IMG/VR virus record: IMGVR_UViG_3300035661_000078
Coordinates: 1-55,442 of that record
Direction: 5' to 3' (one strand)
Origin: a virus
Taxonomy: Duplodnaviria > Caudoviricetes
Length of the DNA: 55,442 nucleotides
The position numbers were made by a program, and so were the translations under genes. This document shows, piece by piece, positions 44,661 through 54,046 of this stretch; position 1 is the first letter of the stretch; the number at the start of each line of letters is the position of its first letter. The notes under the pieces are model-generated. The model ran no database searches. It was given only the letters and a program-made list of their open reading frames with translations, and was not told the DNA's origin.

Positions 44661-44903
44661 ATGGATTACGAAGCCAAACCATCCCTCATCGAAATATCGT
44701 TTGATGCCCACCAGAACATCGTCACGCAGTACGAAGAACGTGCGAAGAGCGTAGGCTTGCATCCCGATGTGAGAAGTTATTTGTATGAGCGCATGATCTC
44801 GCATCGGATGGATTGCGCCCAGGCTTCCGACATGACCCAGATTGATAGGATCAAGGGAAGATTCTTGGAAATCCAATCACTTTTGGACTTGTTCAAGGTG
44901 TGA
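44661..44903 (+). CDS. Small head-associated hypothetical protein
   Basis: Lies between portal and scaffold; RBS AAGGAG. Confidence 0.6.
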   Translation: MDYEAKPSLIEISFDAHQNIVTQYEERAKSVGLHPDVRSYLYERMISHRMDCAQASDMTQIDRIKGRFLEIQSLLDLFKV

Positions 44904-44907
44904 TGAG

Positions 44908-46035
44908 ATGCAAAAACAGGGACAGGCGGTCCCTCGCTGGGACAACTCGCCAAGGGAGGCTCCTGTGGATGCGCGCGAAGAGAACCGAAAGCGATTGAAA
45001 GACCTGGGCGTTATCCCCGACGAGCACGGGAACTTCAATCTGACGCCGGAGGCTCAGGCGAAACTCGGCGGCAACCCGAACCCCAGCATGGGCCAGCCCT
45101 CTTCGTCGCCCGACCCTGCTGCCGCCCCCGCCGCCCCCGCCGCCCCCGCCGCCCCCGCTCCTGCCCCTGCCGCCACCCCCGCCGCCCCCGCCGAACCCGC
45201 AGCTCCCGCTCCGGCGGCCCCCCTGGCGCCCGAGGCCCCCCCGCCGGCCCCTGCCACCATGCAGGACCAGCGGATCCTTCGCCGAGAAGAGGGCGTCCGC
45301 GAAGAGCAGCGCAAGCTCTCCGCCCTGCAGACCAAGCTCCATGGCGAGATCGCCAGGGTGCAGGAACTCAGCAAGCAGCTTGAGGCGCGCCTGGCAGAAA
45401 CCGCCGCCCCTCCTGCCAAGCCGGTCCAGGCCGCGCCTTCCATCGCCTCGGAGCGAGTGGAGGCCCTGCGGAAAGCCAGCCCTGATCTTTATGAGGCCAT
45501 GATCGCCATGGTTCAGGAGCAGGCTGGCCAGCTGGTCAACCAGGCCGTTCAGCCGATTCACGAACTCAAGCAGACCTTTGAGGGGATGCGGGCTTCGACA
45601 GCCGAGGCGGACTACGAAAATCGCTATGAACGGGTCTTGGCTGCGGTGAAGGCCAAGTATCCGGACGTGGAAGCCAGGACTTCGGACCCCAAGTTCCAGG
45701 CCTGGCTGAATGCCAAACCGCCCGTGCTACGGGAAGGGGCAATCCGCGACATTTTCCAGGACTCTGCCAACGCGGACCCCGCTTCGATCATCTACGTGCT
45801 CGACCTCTACAACCAGGAGACGACGCCTCCAGCGCCGGCCGCTCCTCCTGCTCCACGAGTCGCCCCCAGCCTGGGCCCCTCGGGTGTGGGAGGAGGCCAG
45901 ATGGACCCCGCCGCCCTGGCTCCCCTGAGCGAACAGGAACAAATGGACTTCTCCCGCATGAAGGCGGCCGTTGCCCACGATCCGGTTGCGCTCGGAAAGC
46001 TGATGCGCCGCGTGGCGCTGACGCTCAACCCCTAA
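44908..46035 (+). CDS. Scaffolding protein (probable)
   Basis: Pro/Ala-rich repeats (GCCGCCCCC x4 at 45121-45156), coiled coil, YPD......KFQAWL; precedes the capsid genes. Confidence 0.7.
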   Translation: MQKQGQAVPRWDNSPREAPVDAREENRKRLKDLGVIPDEHGNFNLTPEAQAKLGGNPNPSMGQPSSSPDPAAAPAAPAAPAAPAPAPAATPAAPAEPAAPAPAAPLAPEAPPPAPATMQDQRILRREEGVREEQRKLSALQTKLHGEIARVQELSKQLEARLAETAAPPAKPVQAAPSIASERVEALRKASPDLYEAMIAMVQEQAGQLVNQAVQPIHELKQTFEGMRASTAEADYENRYERVLAAVKAKYPDVEARTSDPKFQAWLNAKPPVLREGAIRDIFQDSANADPASIIYVLDLYNQETTPPAPAAPPAPRVAPSLGPSGVGGGQMDPAALAPLSEQEQMDFSRMKAAVAHDPVALGKLMRRVALTLNP

Positions 46036-46059
46036 CCCTCAACCTGAAAGGAGACCCCG

Positions 46060-46623
46060 ATGGCGAGCATTTCTCTCATCGGCCCCCTGACCGGGTACAC
46101 CGCTGCCGCTTCGGGCTCATACAAGCCCACGATCCAGCATGACCCGATCAACGCGGTGATGAAAGTCACCGTGGACATCGCCAAGGCGTTGGCGGCCTTC
46201 AAGGCTTCCAATTCTGGCGTCGGCATCACCGCCACCGACAAGATCGCCATTTGCCCCCTCAGCCGAGGCATGAACCTCCTGTCGGGCAAGATCATGGCGA
46301 ACAAGCTCGGCAGCACCGCAACCGCCAAGACCACCGGCCAGGTGTTCACCCTGGGCGACACGACCACCGCGACGAAGTTTGCCGCGGCGGGCACGATCAA
46401 GATGCAGGCCTCTGGCGGCACCGTTTCTACGGTGCTCACCCCGGTGGCCCTGAGCGGAACGCCCGTGTCGTATGACACGGCCGACGACGCCCTGATCCTT
46501 GGCTTCGTGGCCGTGGATGCGGCCAACGACCTCCCTGTGGACGGCATCTTCGAGGTCATCATTCCCTTCACCAACATGCTGCCCGAGCTCAAAGCGAGCT
46601 TGGCCAACGGCTCTCTGATCTAG
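46060..46623 (+). CDS. Capsid decoration / minor structural protein (probable)
   Basis: Strong RBS AAAGGAG; Ala/Thr/Gly-rich beta protein adjacent to the capsid gene. Confidence 0.55.
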   Translation: MASISLIGPLTGYTAAASGSYKPTIQHDPINAVMKVTVDIAKALAAFKASNSGVGITATDKIAICPLSRGMNLLSGKIMANKLGSTATAKTTGQVFTLGDTTTATKFAAAGTIKMQASGGTVSTVLTPVALSGTPVSYDTADDALILGFVAVDAANDLPVDGIFEVIIPFTNMLPELKASLANGSLI

Positions 46624-46633
46624 GAGGCGCGAC

Positions 46634-47548
46634 ATGACGATTGCACGCACGAATCCCGCCTCTCTCTTGAATCAGGATTCTTGGATCGAGGAGGTCTGGG
46701 ACGGGATGTTCCTCGAGCGTTGGTACGCCGAGAGCCCCCTGCCCCGAATCACCAACACCCGCACCCTGGACAAGATCAAGAACGTCGGCCAGATCATCAA
46801 CTTCCGCATCGAGCCCGAAGCCACGGTTGTCCCGCACATCAAGGACCAGCCTATCGCCTGGCAGTCCATGAAGGGCGACAAACGGCAGATCAGCGTGGAC
46901 TTCGCGTACAGCGCGGCCCACCGGCTCGACAGGATGGACAAGGCCCAGCTGGGCAGCCTGCCCGTGATGCAGCGCATCGCAGACAGCATCACAAAGAAGC
47001 ATGCAGAGAAGGAGGCTGAGGTCTTCTTCAACGTCATGCCCTTGATGACGATGAACCCCCTCAACATGATCGACCTCACCGGAACCGGCGCCATCACGGG
47101 CACCCGGGGTTCTGCGACCTACGCCATCGCGCAGATCGCCAAGCTCCGCACCGCCTTCAACCGGCGCCGCGCCCCCAAGAAGGGCCGCTTCCTGGTGGTC
47201 CCGCCCGAGGTGGAGGAGATCCTGATTCAGTCCGATCAGGCCACCTTCTCCATCAATGGCGAGGGCAACAAGAAGGCCATCGAGGATGGTGAGTGGGGCG
47301 TCAAGGTCTGCGGCTTCGACATCGTTGTGTCGGAGTTCGTCCCCGGCGATGGCCTCTCCACTGCCTCCGCCTTCAAGTGCCTGGCCGGCTTCAACGGCGC
47401 CATCGGCTTCGGTCGCCAGGTCACGGAAATGGAGTCCGGCATCAAGCTGCAGGACTACTACGGCGACGGTATCCGCGCCCTGAACACCTTCGGCTTCGGC
47501 CCGCTCTACCCGGATGGCATCGGCCTCTGGACCTGCAAGATCGCCTAG
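46634..47548 (+). CDS. Major capsid protein
   Basis: I.EVW....L....ITN....IKN.G..I...P..GR.LVV.P...G...GFDI..S...GD.IR.L..FG; followed by a strong hairpin. Confidence 0.85.
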   Translation: MTIARTNPASLLNQDSWIEEVWDGMFLERWYAESPLPRITNTRTLDKIKNVGQIINFRIEPEATVVPHIKDQPIAWQSMKGDKRQISVDFAYSAAHRLDRMDKAQLGSLPVMQRIADSITKKHAEKEAEVFFNVMPLMTMNPLNMIDLTGTGAITGTRGSATYAIAQIAKLRTAFNRRRAPKKGRFLVVPPEVEEILIQSDQATFSINGEGNKKAIEDGEWGVKVCGFDIVVSEFVPGDGLSTASAFKCLAGFNGAIGFGRQVTEMESGIKLQDYYGDGIRALNTFGFGPLYPDGIGLWTCKIA

Positions 47549-47557
47549 ACGTGAGCT

Positions 47558-47581
47558 GCGGGGGGGCTTCGGCCCCCCCGC
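47558..47581 (+). terminator. Stem-loop after the capsid gene (cUUCGg loop, no U tract)
   Basis: GCGGGGGGGC-TTCG-GCCCCCCCGC. Confidence 0.65.
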
Positions 47582-47606
47582 CCCTCCCATCTCCATCGGA
47601 GAAACC

Positions 47607-48062
47607 ATGCCCATTGACGACGGGATGCCGGACCTCGGCAACCTCCCCGCGCGCACCAAGGCCATCCGCAACAAAATCACGGGTCTCGTGATGACCCCGG
47701 AATCTCTCGCCATTGGGCAGATGGAGCCCGGCGAGGAGGACCCCTGGAGCCGCCACGTCCGTTATGCCTACGCCCACCAGGACCAGATGGAACTGCTGGA
47801 CCACGACCCCCGCGAGGTCAAGGATCCTGTAAAGGGCAAGGGTGGCGACAAGGAATCCAGTGTGCCCACCCTCAAGGATGGGCAGCCCATGACGCGGGAG
47901 TCGCTTGAGGCGCTCCACTACCAGACCCTCCGCGCCCTGGCGAAGAGCTACCAGGTGGTCGTGGACGGCAAGACGCGCCTCCAGGTCACAGAGGCCCTCC
48001 TGACCGCGGCCTATGCTGATGCCGGCCTGGCCGCGCCGTTGGCGCTGGACCCCCGGGAGTAG
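47607..48062 (+). CDS. Hypothetical protein (possible Rho-N-like helical C-terminal domain)
   Basis: RBS GGAG; LEAL.YQ.LR.LAK.Y. Confidence 0.55.
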   Translation: MPIDDGMPDLGNLPARTKAIRNKITGLVMTPESLAIGQMEPGEEDPWSRHVRYAYAHQDQMELLDHDPREVKDPVKGKGGDKESSVPTLKDGQPMTRESLEALHYQTLRALAKSYQVVVDGKTRLQVTEALLTAAYADAGLAAPLALDPRE

Positions 48063-48064
48063 AC

Positions 48065-48805
48065 ATGAAGCTCCAACCCTTCCTTGCCGAGGTCCTGGGG
48101 CAGCGCCCGGACCTGACCGCCGATAGTCGGCGCGTGACCTTGCTGGTGCAGAAGGCGGCAAGGCGGGTGATTCGAGAGACGCACCTCCTCACCATGCCCA
48201 TCGTCCAGACCGTGGTGGCCAGCCAGATCGCAACCGGCCCCTACGGGGATTGTCGCTTCCTGCCTGGGCCCCTTACGGCCGGGATTGCCCAGGGCTGGGA
48301 CAAGGACGTGAATCTGGAGGTGCTTCGCTGGGAGGGCCTTTCCCTCCGCAAGAACGGGGATGCCACCGTGCCCCCCGTCATCCTCAAAGCCAAGTCCGGT
48401 CTGGATTACCAGGACTACCTTCTCCTCCTGGCCCGAGGCGGCATCGCAGATCCCGGAACTCCCGAGATCTACTCGGATCGGATGGGAAACCTCTTCCTGG
48501 CTCCGAGCTGGGACCTAGTGGCCCGAGATCAACTGGTGGCCACCGCCGTCGTGGCGCCGACCGCTGATAGCGAGTTCATGGAGATCCCCGACCTGCCTGC
48601 TGATTCCGAGGATGCCCTCCTGGCCATGGCCCTGTCTGAAGTTCTGGACGCCCAGGGCCGCGGGCGGGATCCGGGCCGTGCCGTGGCTCAGCGTTCGGCA
48701 GCCCTCAACCTCTGTGGCCGCCTCAAGGGCCAGAACCGGATCGGCCAGTTGGGCGACCTTGGCGGCCGGATGGGGTCCAACCCTTTCAACTTCCGGGTGA
48801 GGTGA
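48065..48805 (+). CDS. Head-tail adaptor-like protein
   Basis: Position after the capsid; G.P..Y.....L.LAP...ALL..AL pattern. Confidence 0.55.
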   Translation: MKLQPFLAEVLGQRPDLTADSRRVTLLVQKAARRVIRETHLLTMPIVQTVVASQIATGPYGDCRFLPGPLTAGIAQGWDKDVNLEVLRWEGLSLRKNGDATVPPVILKAKSGLDYQDYLLLLARGGIADPGTPEIYSDRMGNLFLAPSWDLVARDQLVATAVVAPTADSEFMEIPDLPADSEDALLAMALSEVLDAQGRGRDPGRAVAQRSAALNLCGRLKGQNRIGQLGDLGGRMGSNPFNFRVR

Positions 48806-48808
48806 ACC

Positions 48809-49051
48809 ATGCTTGCCCCGGCCACCCTCGGAGAACTCAGGGCTGAACTGCGGAAGACGATTGGGGATCCCCTCATCAAGCGGTTCGCTGATGAGAACCT
48901 GAACCAGGCGATTCGGTGGGCCCTGACGGAGGCTTGCCGCATGGCTGCCCTGACTACGGCTGAACATGTGGGAACCGTGCCTGCCGGAACCAATCTGGTG
49001 GTGCTCGCCGATCCTGGCCTTGGACTTCATCGCTTCTCGCTGGAGGTCTGA
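48809..49051 (+). CDS. Small adaptor-like protein
   Basis: TL.ELR..LR..IGDP...RF.DE.L...I..A..E. Confidence 0.55.
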   Translation: MLAPATLGELRAELRKTIGDPLIKRFADENLNQAIRWALTEACRMAALTTAEHVGTVPAGTNLVVLADPGLGLHRFSLEV

Positions 49052-49641
49052 TGCTGGTGGGTGAGGTGCTGCAACGCACGACCTTCCAGGCCGAGGGCCT
49101 GGGCTGGCCCGGCCAGTGGAGCCGGGCCGACTACTGTGAGGCCTTGGACCGGGCCTCCCAGAAGGCGGCCATGTTGCTTCGCTTCTGCTCGAACTGGACC
49201 GCTGACGTGACGTTGCCCTCTGGGACTTCGGGCCTGCTCCTGACCCCGACCCCGCTGCTCGTCCTGAATGTGAGGAACACCATGACCCTGTCTCGCCTGC
49301 TTCCCACGACCGAGGCCTTTGAGGACCTGATGAATCCAGCCTGGCGCGATGCCATGGGGATTCCGACTGGCTGGTTCCAGGAGTCCGGGAACATGCTCCG
49401 CCTCAATCGGCGTGTCCCGGCCGACACCACGTACAGCGCCCAGGTGATCGAGGCGCCTCTGCCGATGGGGCAGGACACGGACCCCGTGGATCCACGCATC
49501 CCGGCCAGTGTTCTTCAGGCCTTGCACCTTGGCGCCACGGGGTATCTCTTCCTTCAGGCCAGCGACAACCAGGATCTCGGGAAGGCCACCGCCTACCTCA
49601 AGCAATTCGAGGAAGCCGTGAAGGGGAGCCCCAATGTCTAA
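49051..49641 (+). CDS. Head-tail adaptor-like protein
   Basis: W...G.P..W.....L.L....P.IP.....AL...A....A..Y...F. Confidence 0.55.
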   Translation: MLVGEVLQRTTFQAEGLGWPGQWSRADYCEALDRASQKAAMLLRFCSNWTADVTLPSGTSGLLLTPTPLLVLNVRNTMTLSRLLPTTEAFEDLMNPAWRDAMGIPTGWFQESGNMLRLNRRVPADTTYSAQVIEAPLPMGQDTDPVDPRIPASVLQALHLGATGYLFLQASDNQDLGKATAYLKQFEEAVKGSPNV

Positions 49642-50434
49642 TCCCTACGCACCTCTGGAAATGCCGGACTTCCGCGAGGGGGCTTCGGTTGATGGTGAAC
49701 CCGTGGCCACCATGAACGACCTGGCGGAACTTCGTCGGTTCTTCCTGGACACGATTGGTCTGCGGATCCAAGAGCTCGTCTTCAACAATGGCGCCATCGT
49801 GCCCGGTAGCGGCAGCGGTGGCGTGGTGATGCCCAGCGACCTATACAACCAAGTGGCCCTTCACACGAAGTCGATCTACCACACCTATCTTGGGGACGCA
49901 GCCCTCGGGACGAACTTCCCGGTCTTCACGTCCCAGGCTGAGGCCGACGACTTCCACTTCTTGGACTCCATGACCTCGGTCATCACCAACTTCGGGACCA
50001 CGAACCAGGATACGTCCAAGATCCGGATGGCCGGACTTACCAGCAAAAAGATTGTTCGGCGCTGGGTGCTAGTGACCGTCACCTCTACGGTTCCCACGAC
50101 GACCACTAGCTACAACTACTGCGAGACGGTTCTCAACTTCACCCTCAACGCGGATAAGGTTTCCTACGCCACCACCCTTGACTATTCCCGCTGGTTGAAT
50201 AACCCGTGTCCATCGAATCCCCTCGTGTCTGGAGCCTCCTCCGACAACGTCAACTGGGCCACTGATCTTCGCCAGATTCCTACAAAAAGTCCCGATCAAC
50301 ACTTTGTGGGACAAATCAACCTTGACCTCGTGCTGTCGGACATCAACATCGCCCTGGGACCACAGCCTACAATCACCAAGGAGCAAATACTTCTGCCGTT
50401 TTCGATGGGGTATTACGCCCTGGCGGTGAGGTAG
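49634..50434 (+). CDS. Tail-associated protein
   Basis: Thr/Ser-rich; N-terminus resembles that of the next gene. Confidence 0.55.
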   Translation: MSNPYAPLEMPDFREGASVDGEPVATMNDLAELRRFFLDTIGLRIQELVFNNGAIVPGSGSGGVVMPSDLYNQVALHTKSIYHTYLGDAALGTNFPVFTSQAEADDFHFLDSMTSVITNFGTTNQDTSKIRMAGLTSKKIVRRWVLVTVTSTVPTTTTSYNYCETVLNFTLNADKVSYATTLDYSRWLNNPCPSNPLVSGASSDNVNWATDLRQIPTKSPDQHFVGQINLDLVLSDINIALGPQPTITKEQILLPFSMGYYALAVR

Positions 50435-50438
50435 CGCC

Positions 50439-51347
50439 ATGGCCTTCAGCCCCATCCTCCGGCCCAACTTCCAGCGCGGCGCCCTCATTGAGGGGGTTCC
50501 CGTTGTACTTCGGGCAGACCTGAACGCTTTGCGCCGGGACATGGATGCCGCCCTTCAGCAGTCGGTCATGGCGCGAATCTTTGGGATGACGCTCTCTCCC
50601 GACAATACGGTTCCGGTGAACAATGCCTCGGGGAAACCCATGGCTCAACGGATCGCCTTTCGGGTAGTGGAAATGCCCATCACCCTCACGGAGGCCACGG
50701 CTCTTTTCACACCCGACGGTCTTGCGCTACTCCCCACCGACGACGACTTCAAGTTCACCGATGGAACGCCGGTCATCGCCAACGGCAAGATGCTTTTTAT
50801 GGGGTTCGTTTCGGGAACCATCTGGCGCTCCCGCTGGATCGAGGTCCTTCTCGATGGTGGAGTCTGGAAAAGGGTCGCTTATGAGGCAGAGATAGTCTTC
50901 GGGTCTTCCACCCCCAAGGGTACGGTTGGCGTCGTCAACATGCGCCTTCGGACCTGGGGCGGACTCAGTTTTTTCACCAAGGACAACTGGAAATACCCTG
51001 CCACCTACTCTGCGCTAACTCCCCCTACTCCGATCAACTGGATCAACAAGGATTCCACCTTCCCTGAGCCGTATCCGGGGTGGGAATCGAGCTGGACGGA
51101 CCGGAACCCAGATGGAAACTGGCAAGCCCAACCCACCGGAAAAGCGTCGTTCAGTGACACGGCTTCCCGCGATCCCTTGGCATTCATGGCCGCCTTGAAT
51201 CCCTCATATGGGCTCCCGACTGACCCCCGCCCCCAAAGCAACGCCCTGAGCAATGCCTTTGGCGCGTTCATGTTGCAAACAGACGCGCCCGACTACCAGG
51301 CCTTTCCGCCCCCAAGCCTCATTGTCGCCTTTCTTGCCGTCCAGTAG
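50439..51347 (+). CDS. Tail-associated protein
   Basis: Position in the tail block; shared N-terminal module. Confidence 0.55.
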   Translation: MAFSPILRPNFQRGALIEGVPVVLRADLNALRRDMDAALQQSVMARIFGMTLSPDNTVPVNNASGKPMAQRIAFRVVEMPITLTEATALFTPDGLALLPTDDDFKFTDGTPVIANGKMLFMGFVSGTIWRSRWIEVLLDGGVWKRVAYEAEIVFGSSTPKGTVGVVNMRLRTWGGLSFFTKDNWKYPATYSALTPPTPINWINKDSTFPEPYPGWESSWTDRNPDGNWQAQPTGKASFSDTASRDPLAFMAALNPSYGLPTDPRPQSNALSNAFGAFMLQTDAPDYQAFPPPSLIVAFLAVQ

Positions 51348-51355
51348 GAGGTCCC

Positions 51356-54034
51356 ATGCGTGTTTCCAGGTGGACATTCGCGGCGGGTGGACGGTTCCTT
51401 GGGCGTCCCGAGCGGGGCGAGGCCCGGTTGCTCAACGATGCGGTCTTCGTGCACAACAAGATCCGGCCCTGTGCCCTGCCCGATGTGGACCATGGAGACC
51501 TGGCGCCCCTTGCAGCCAGACACCTGTGGCGATACCGGGGGCGCAACCACCTGGCGGCTGGTTGGCGGAACTATGCGATCTCCCATCAGGGGGTCGATCA
51601 AGTCATTGCCTGGACCGAGGAGGGGGCCGGCCCACGGAAACTCGTGGGCCGGAGGAACCTTCCTTTGGGGTTGGCCAAGCCCCTCAAGGCGCCCAAAGCG
51701 GGCACGGCCAACCTCCTGAATATCACCCTCACGACGAAGACTGGAAGTACCGCCTTCCCGGCCGGAAAGACCTACTACTACCGCTTCGTCTTCATCAGCC
51801 CCTTCGGCACCTTCGCCCCTTCCCGGTCCTACCGGGTGGACACCCCGGCGACTGAGGGCTGCTACATCGAGATCGCCTTCACGCGGGGCAGCTTCAGCCT
51901 GCCCATCCAAGGCGTGATGATCTTCCGTGATGAGGCGATGGGCAAGGAGCGGCTCATTGGCACCTCGAATCAGGTCTTCGTCTTTCAGGACTACAATCTG
52001 CCCGAGGGAACCGAACTGGCCGCCGATTACGAACCCATCGCAAAGGCCTGCCAGTATCTCTACACCTTCAAGGCGGACGGTTTCGAGAGTGGCCCCTCGG
52101 CGGTGAGCGACCCCATTCCTACTGTGGGCGCCACCCTCCTCAAGTTCGACATTCTCAACGATGGGTTCTGGGAACAGCCCGGGCTTCTCCGCCTGGATGG
52201 CCTCAGCGCGACCTACGTCAGGGGCCCCCTGGTGGCCTCCAGGAAGCCCAACCTTCGGTCGGATGTCTTCCCCCTCACCCCTACGGCCCAGCAGGCCTCA
52301 CGGACCATGCACGGCGGATTGTGCTCGATCTGGCAAACGATGCCCTACCTGGGCAGCCAGGGGGTCTCTTTCTATGCGGGGACGAGTCTCTTCGGGAAAT
52401 ACCGCCTGGCCTGGACGCGGGATGGCGTGGTCGATCAGGCACGGCCCGTGGCCCAGATCCTCGACTCGGCAGACTTCCCCTTGGACGTGACTTCGGTTGC
52501 GATGGTGAACGGGGGTGTCGTGGCCGGCTTCTCCTTCGACGCGATCAAGGGGGGGCTCAATGTGGACCTTGGCCCCAACTCGGTCGGGACCGGGCAGAAG
52601 ATCCTTTTCATGCAACTGGATGCCCCAGGTGGGACCACTGTCACCAACCGCTGCGTCCTGGATTCCTTCCGGTCCAACCTGGTCGGCAACTTCGCCTGGT
52701 TCACGGGGGAAATGAGGTGGGCCTGGGCGGCTGGGCAGACCATCGCCTGGGCCCCCGAAGGCCTCATTCTGGGGCTGACCTGGGAGCAGGCCTGGGCCCT
52801 TCGGGACATTGAGGATGGGACCTTTGTTCGGTTCTCTCACCCCGCCTTTGGGGACGTGAAGCGCTACGGCCGCGCCTTCCTCTCTCCAGCAACCCTCTTC
52901 ATTCAGACCGACACGAATGGCCTTGAGAACCTGGATTTGGCCACGGGTATCTCGGGCCTGAGCCTCGACTACTACCCCATGAACAACGGCATCCGGGCGC
53001 GCGCCGTCTACCGCGTAGGGGACACGGGAGAGTTCCTTTCGGTCGGAGAAGCCGACCTTGCCGCAGACCTCTTCTGCGACTCCGCTTCGACCACCACCCT
53101 CGGCGCGCCGCCCACCAGCATCACCACCTCTCCCTCGGGCATGGAGATCATCGACATGCCACCTCCTCCGGGGCTCAAGGGGTTGGTCCTGCACGAGCAG
53201 TTCCTCGCTGGCATCAAGGGCAACACCGTGCGCTGGACCCGAAGGGGTGCGCCAAATGCCTGGCCTGAACAATTCCAGGCCATGGTTCCATCCCCCCGGG
53301 CCCTCTGCAGCACCGAAATGGGACTCCTCGTTCTTACCTCGACAGGAGGCATGCGCCTGGACGGAGGCGATCCGTTCTCCCTGACCCTCCAGAAGACCGA
53401 GATCGAGGAGGGCATCCTGGCCCCACGCAGCGTGGTGAACACGCCCTACGGGGTGGCCTACCTGGGTTCTCGCGGGGTTGTCCTCACCAATGGCCACACC
53501 TCGAAGAACATCACCGAAGAGCGCATGCGGGCTTGGCACTTCTTTCCCAAGCGTCAGGCCGGTCCCGATGGCTTGACCCTTGGGGGCCTTTTCTTGCCGG
53601 ATGGCCGGATCCTGGATTCCAGCGCCGGGAAGGGCATGGCCTGGGTTGCCTTCATGGAGTCAGCCTCGGTCCAGGGGGCCCTGGCTCAAGATGGACTCTT
53701 CGGCCTCGTGGATGAGGGCGATACCGTCTACGCCAGCAGGGCCGTGGGCGCCTTCGTTCAGGGGAAATACCTGCTCTTTGTGCCAGCGCACGAGGCACCA
53801 GAGGCCTTTGGCACATGGTCCATTGACCTGAAGACTGGCGCCATTCTCCACTTGGGGTTGCAGCCCTATGCCATCACGAGCGAGGGGGGAGACATTTACC
53901 TGCTTCTTCCGAGTTCGGTTCGAGCCGAGGCCGATCCACCGAGCCTCATCCCGGCGGTGAGCTCCCCCTACACCAACACGCACCCCATCGTGGTCTTCGT
54001 GGACCGCCCAGCTCCCGGCACGCTTCCCGCCTAA
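51356..54034 (+). CDS. Tail nozzle / packaged-DNA stabilisation protein (probable)
   Basis: YYYRFVF....G..PS, YLYTF....ESGPS and PPPGL.GLV....LAG..GN.V.W....P.AWP patterns; 892 aa. Confidence 0.65.
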   Translation: MRVSRWTFAAGGRFLGRPERGEARLLNDAVFVHNKIRPCALPDVDHGDLAPLAARHLWRYRGRNHLAAGWRNYAISHQGVDQVIAWTEEGAGPRKLVGRRNLPLGLAKPLKAPKAGTANLLNITLTTKTGSTAFPAGKTYYYRFVFISPFGTFAPSRSYRVDTPATEGCYIEIAFTRGSFSLPIQGVMIFRDEAMGKERLIGTSNQVFVFQDYNLPEGTELAADYEPIAKACQYLYTFKADGFESGPSAVSDPIPTVGATLLKFDILNDGFWEQPGLLRLDGLSATYVRGPLVASRKPNLRSDVFPLTPTAQQASRTMHGGLCSIWQTMPYLGSQGVSFYAGTSLFGKYRLAWTRDGVVDQARPVAQILDSADFPLDVTSVAMVNGGVVAGFSFDAIKGGLNVDLGPNSVGTGQKILFMQLDAPGGTTVTNRCVLDSFRSNLVGNFAWFTGEMRWAWAAGQTIAWAPEGLILGLTWEQAWALRDIEDGTFVRFSHPAFGDVKRYGRAFLSPATLFIQTDTNGLENLDLATGISGLSLDYYPMNNGIRARAVYRVGDTGEFLSVGEADLAADLFCDSASTTTLGAPPTSITTSPSGMEIIDMPPPPGLKGLVLHEQFLAGIKGNTVRWTRRGAPNAWPEQFQAMVPSPRALCSTEMGLLVLTSTGGMRLDGGDPFSLTLQKTEIEEGILAPRSVVNTPYGVAYLGSRGVVLTNGHTSKNITEERMRAWHFFPKRQAGPDGLTLGGLFLPDGRILDSSAGKGMAWVAFMESASVQGALAQDGLFGLVDEGDTVYASRAVGAFVQGKYLLFVPAHEAPEAFGTWSIDLKTGAILHLGLQPYAITSEGGDIYLLLPSSVRAEADPPSLIPAVSSPYTNTHPIVVFVDRPAPGTLPA

Positions 54035-54046
54035 CCCTGGACCATC

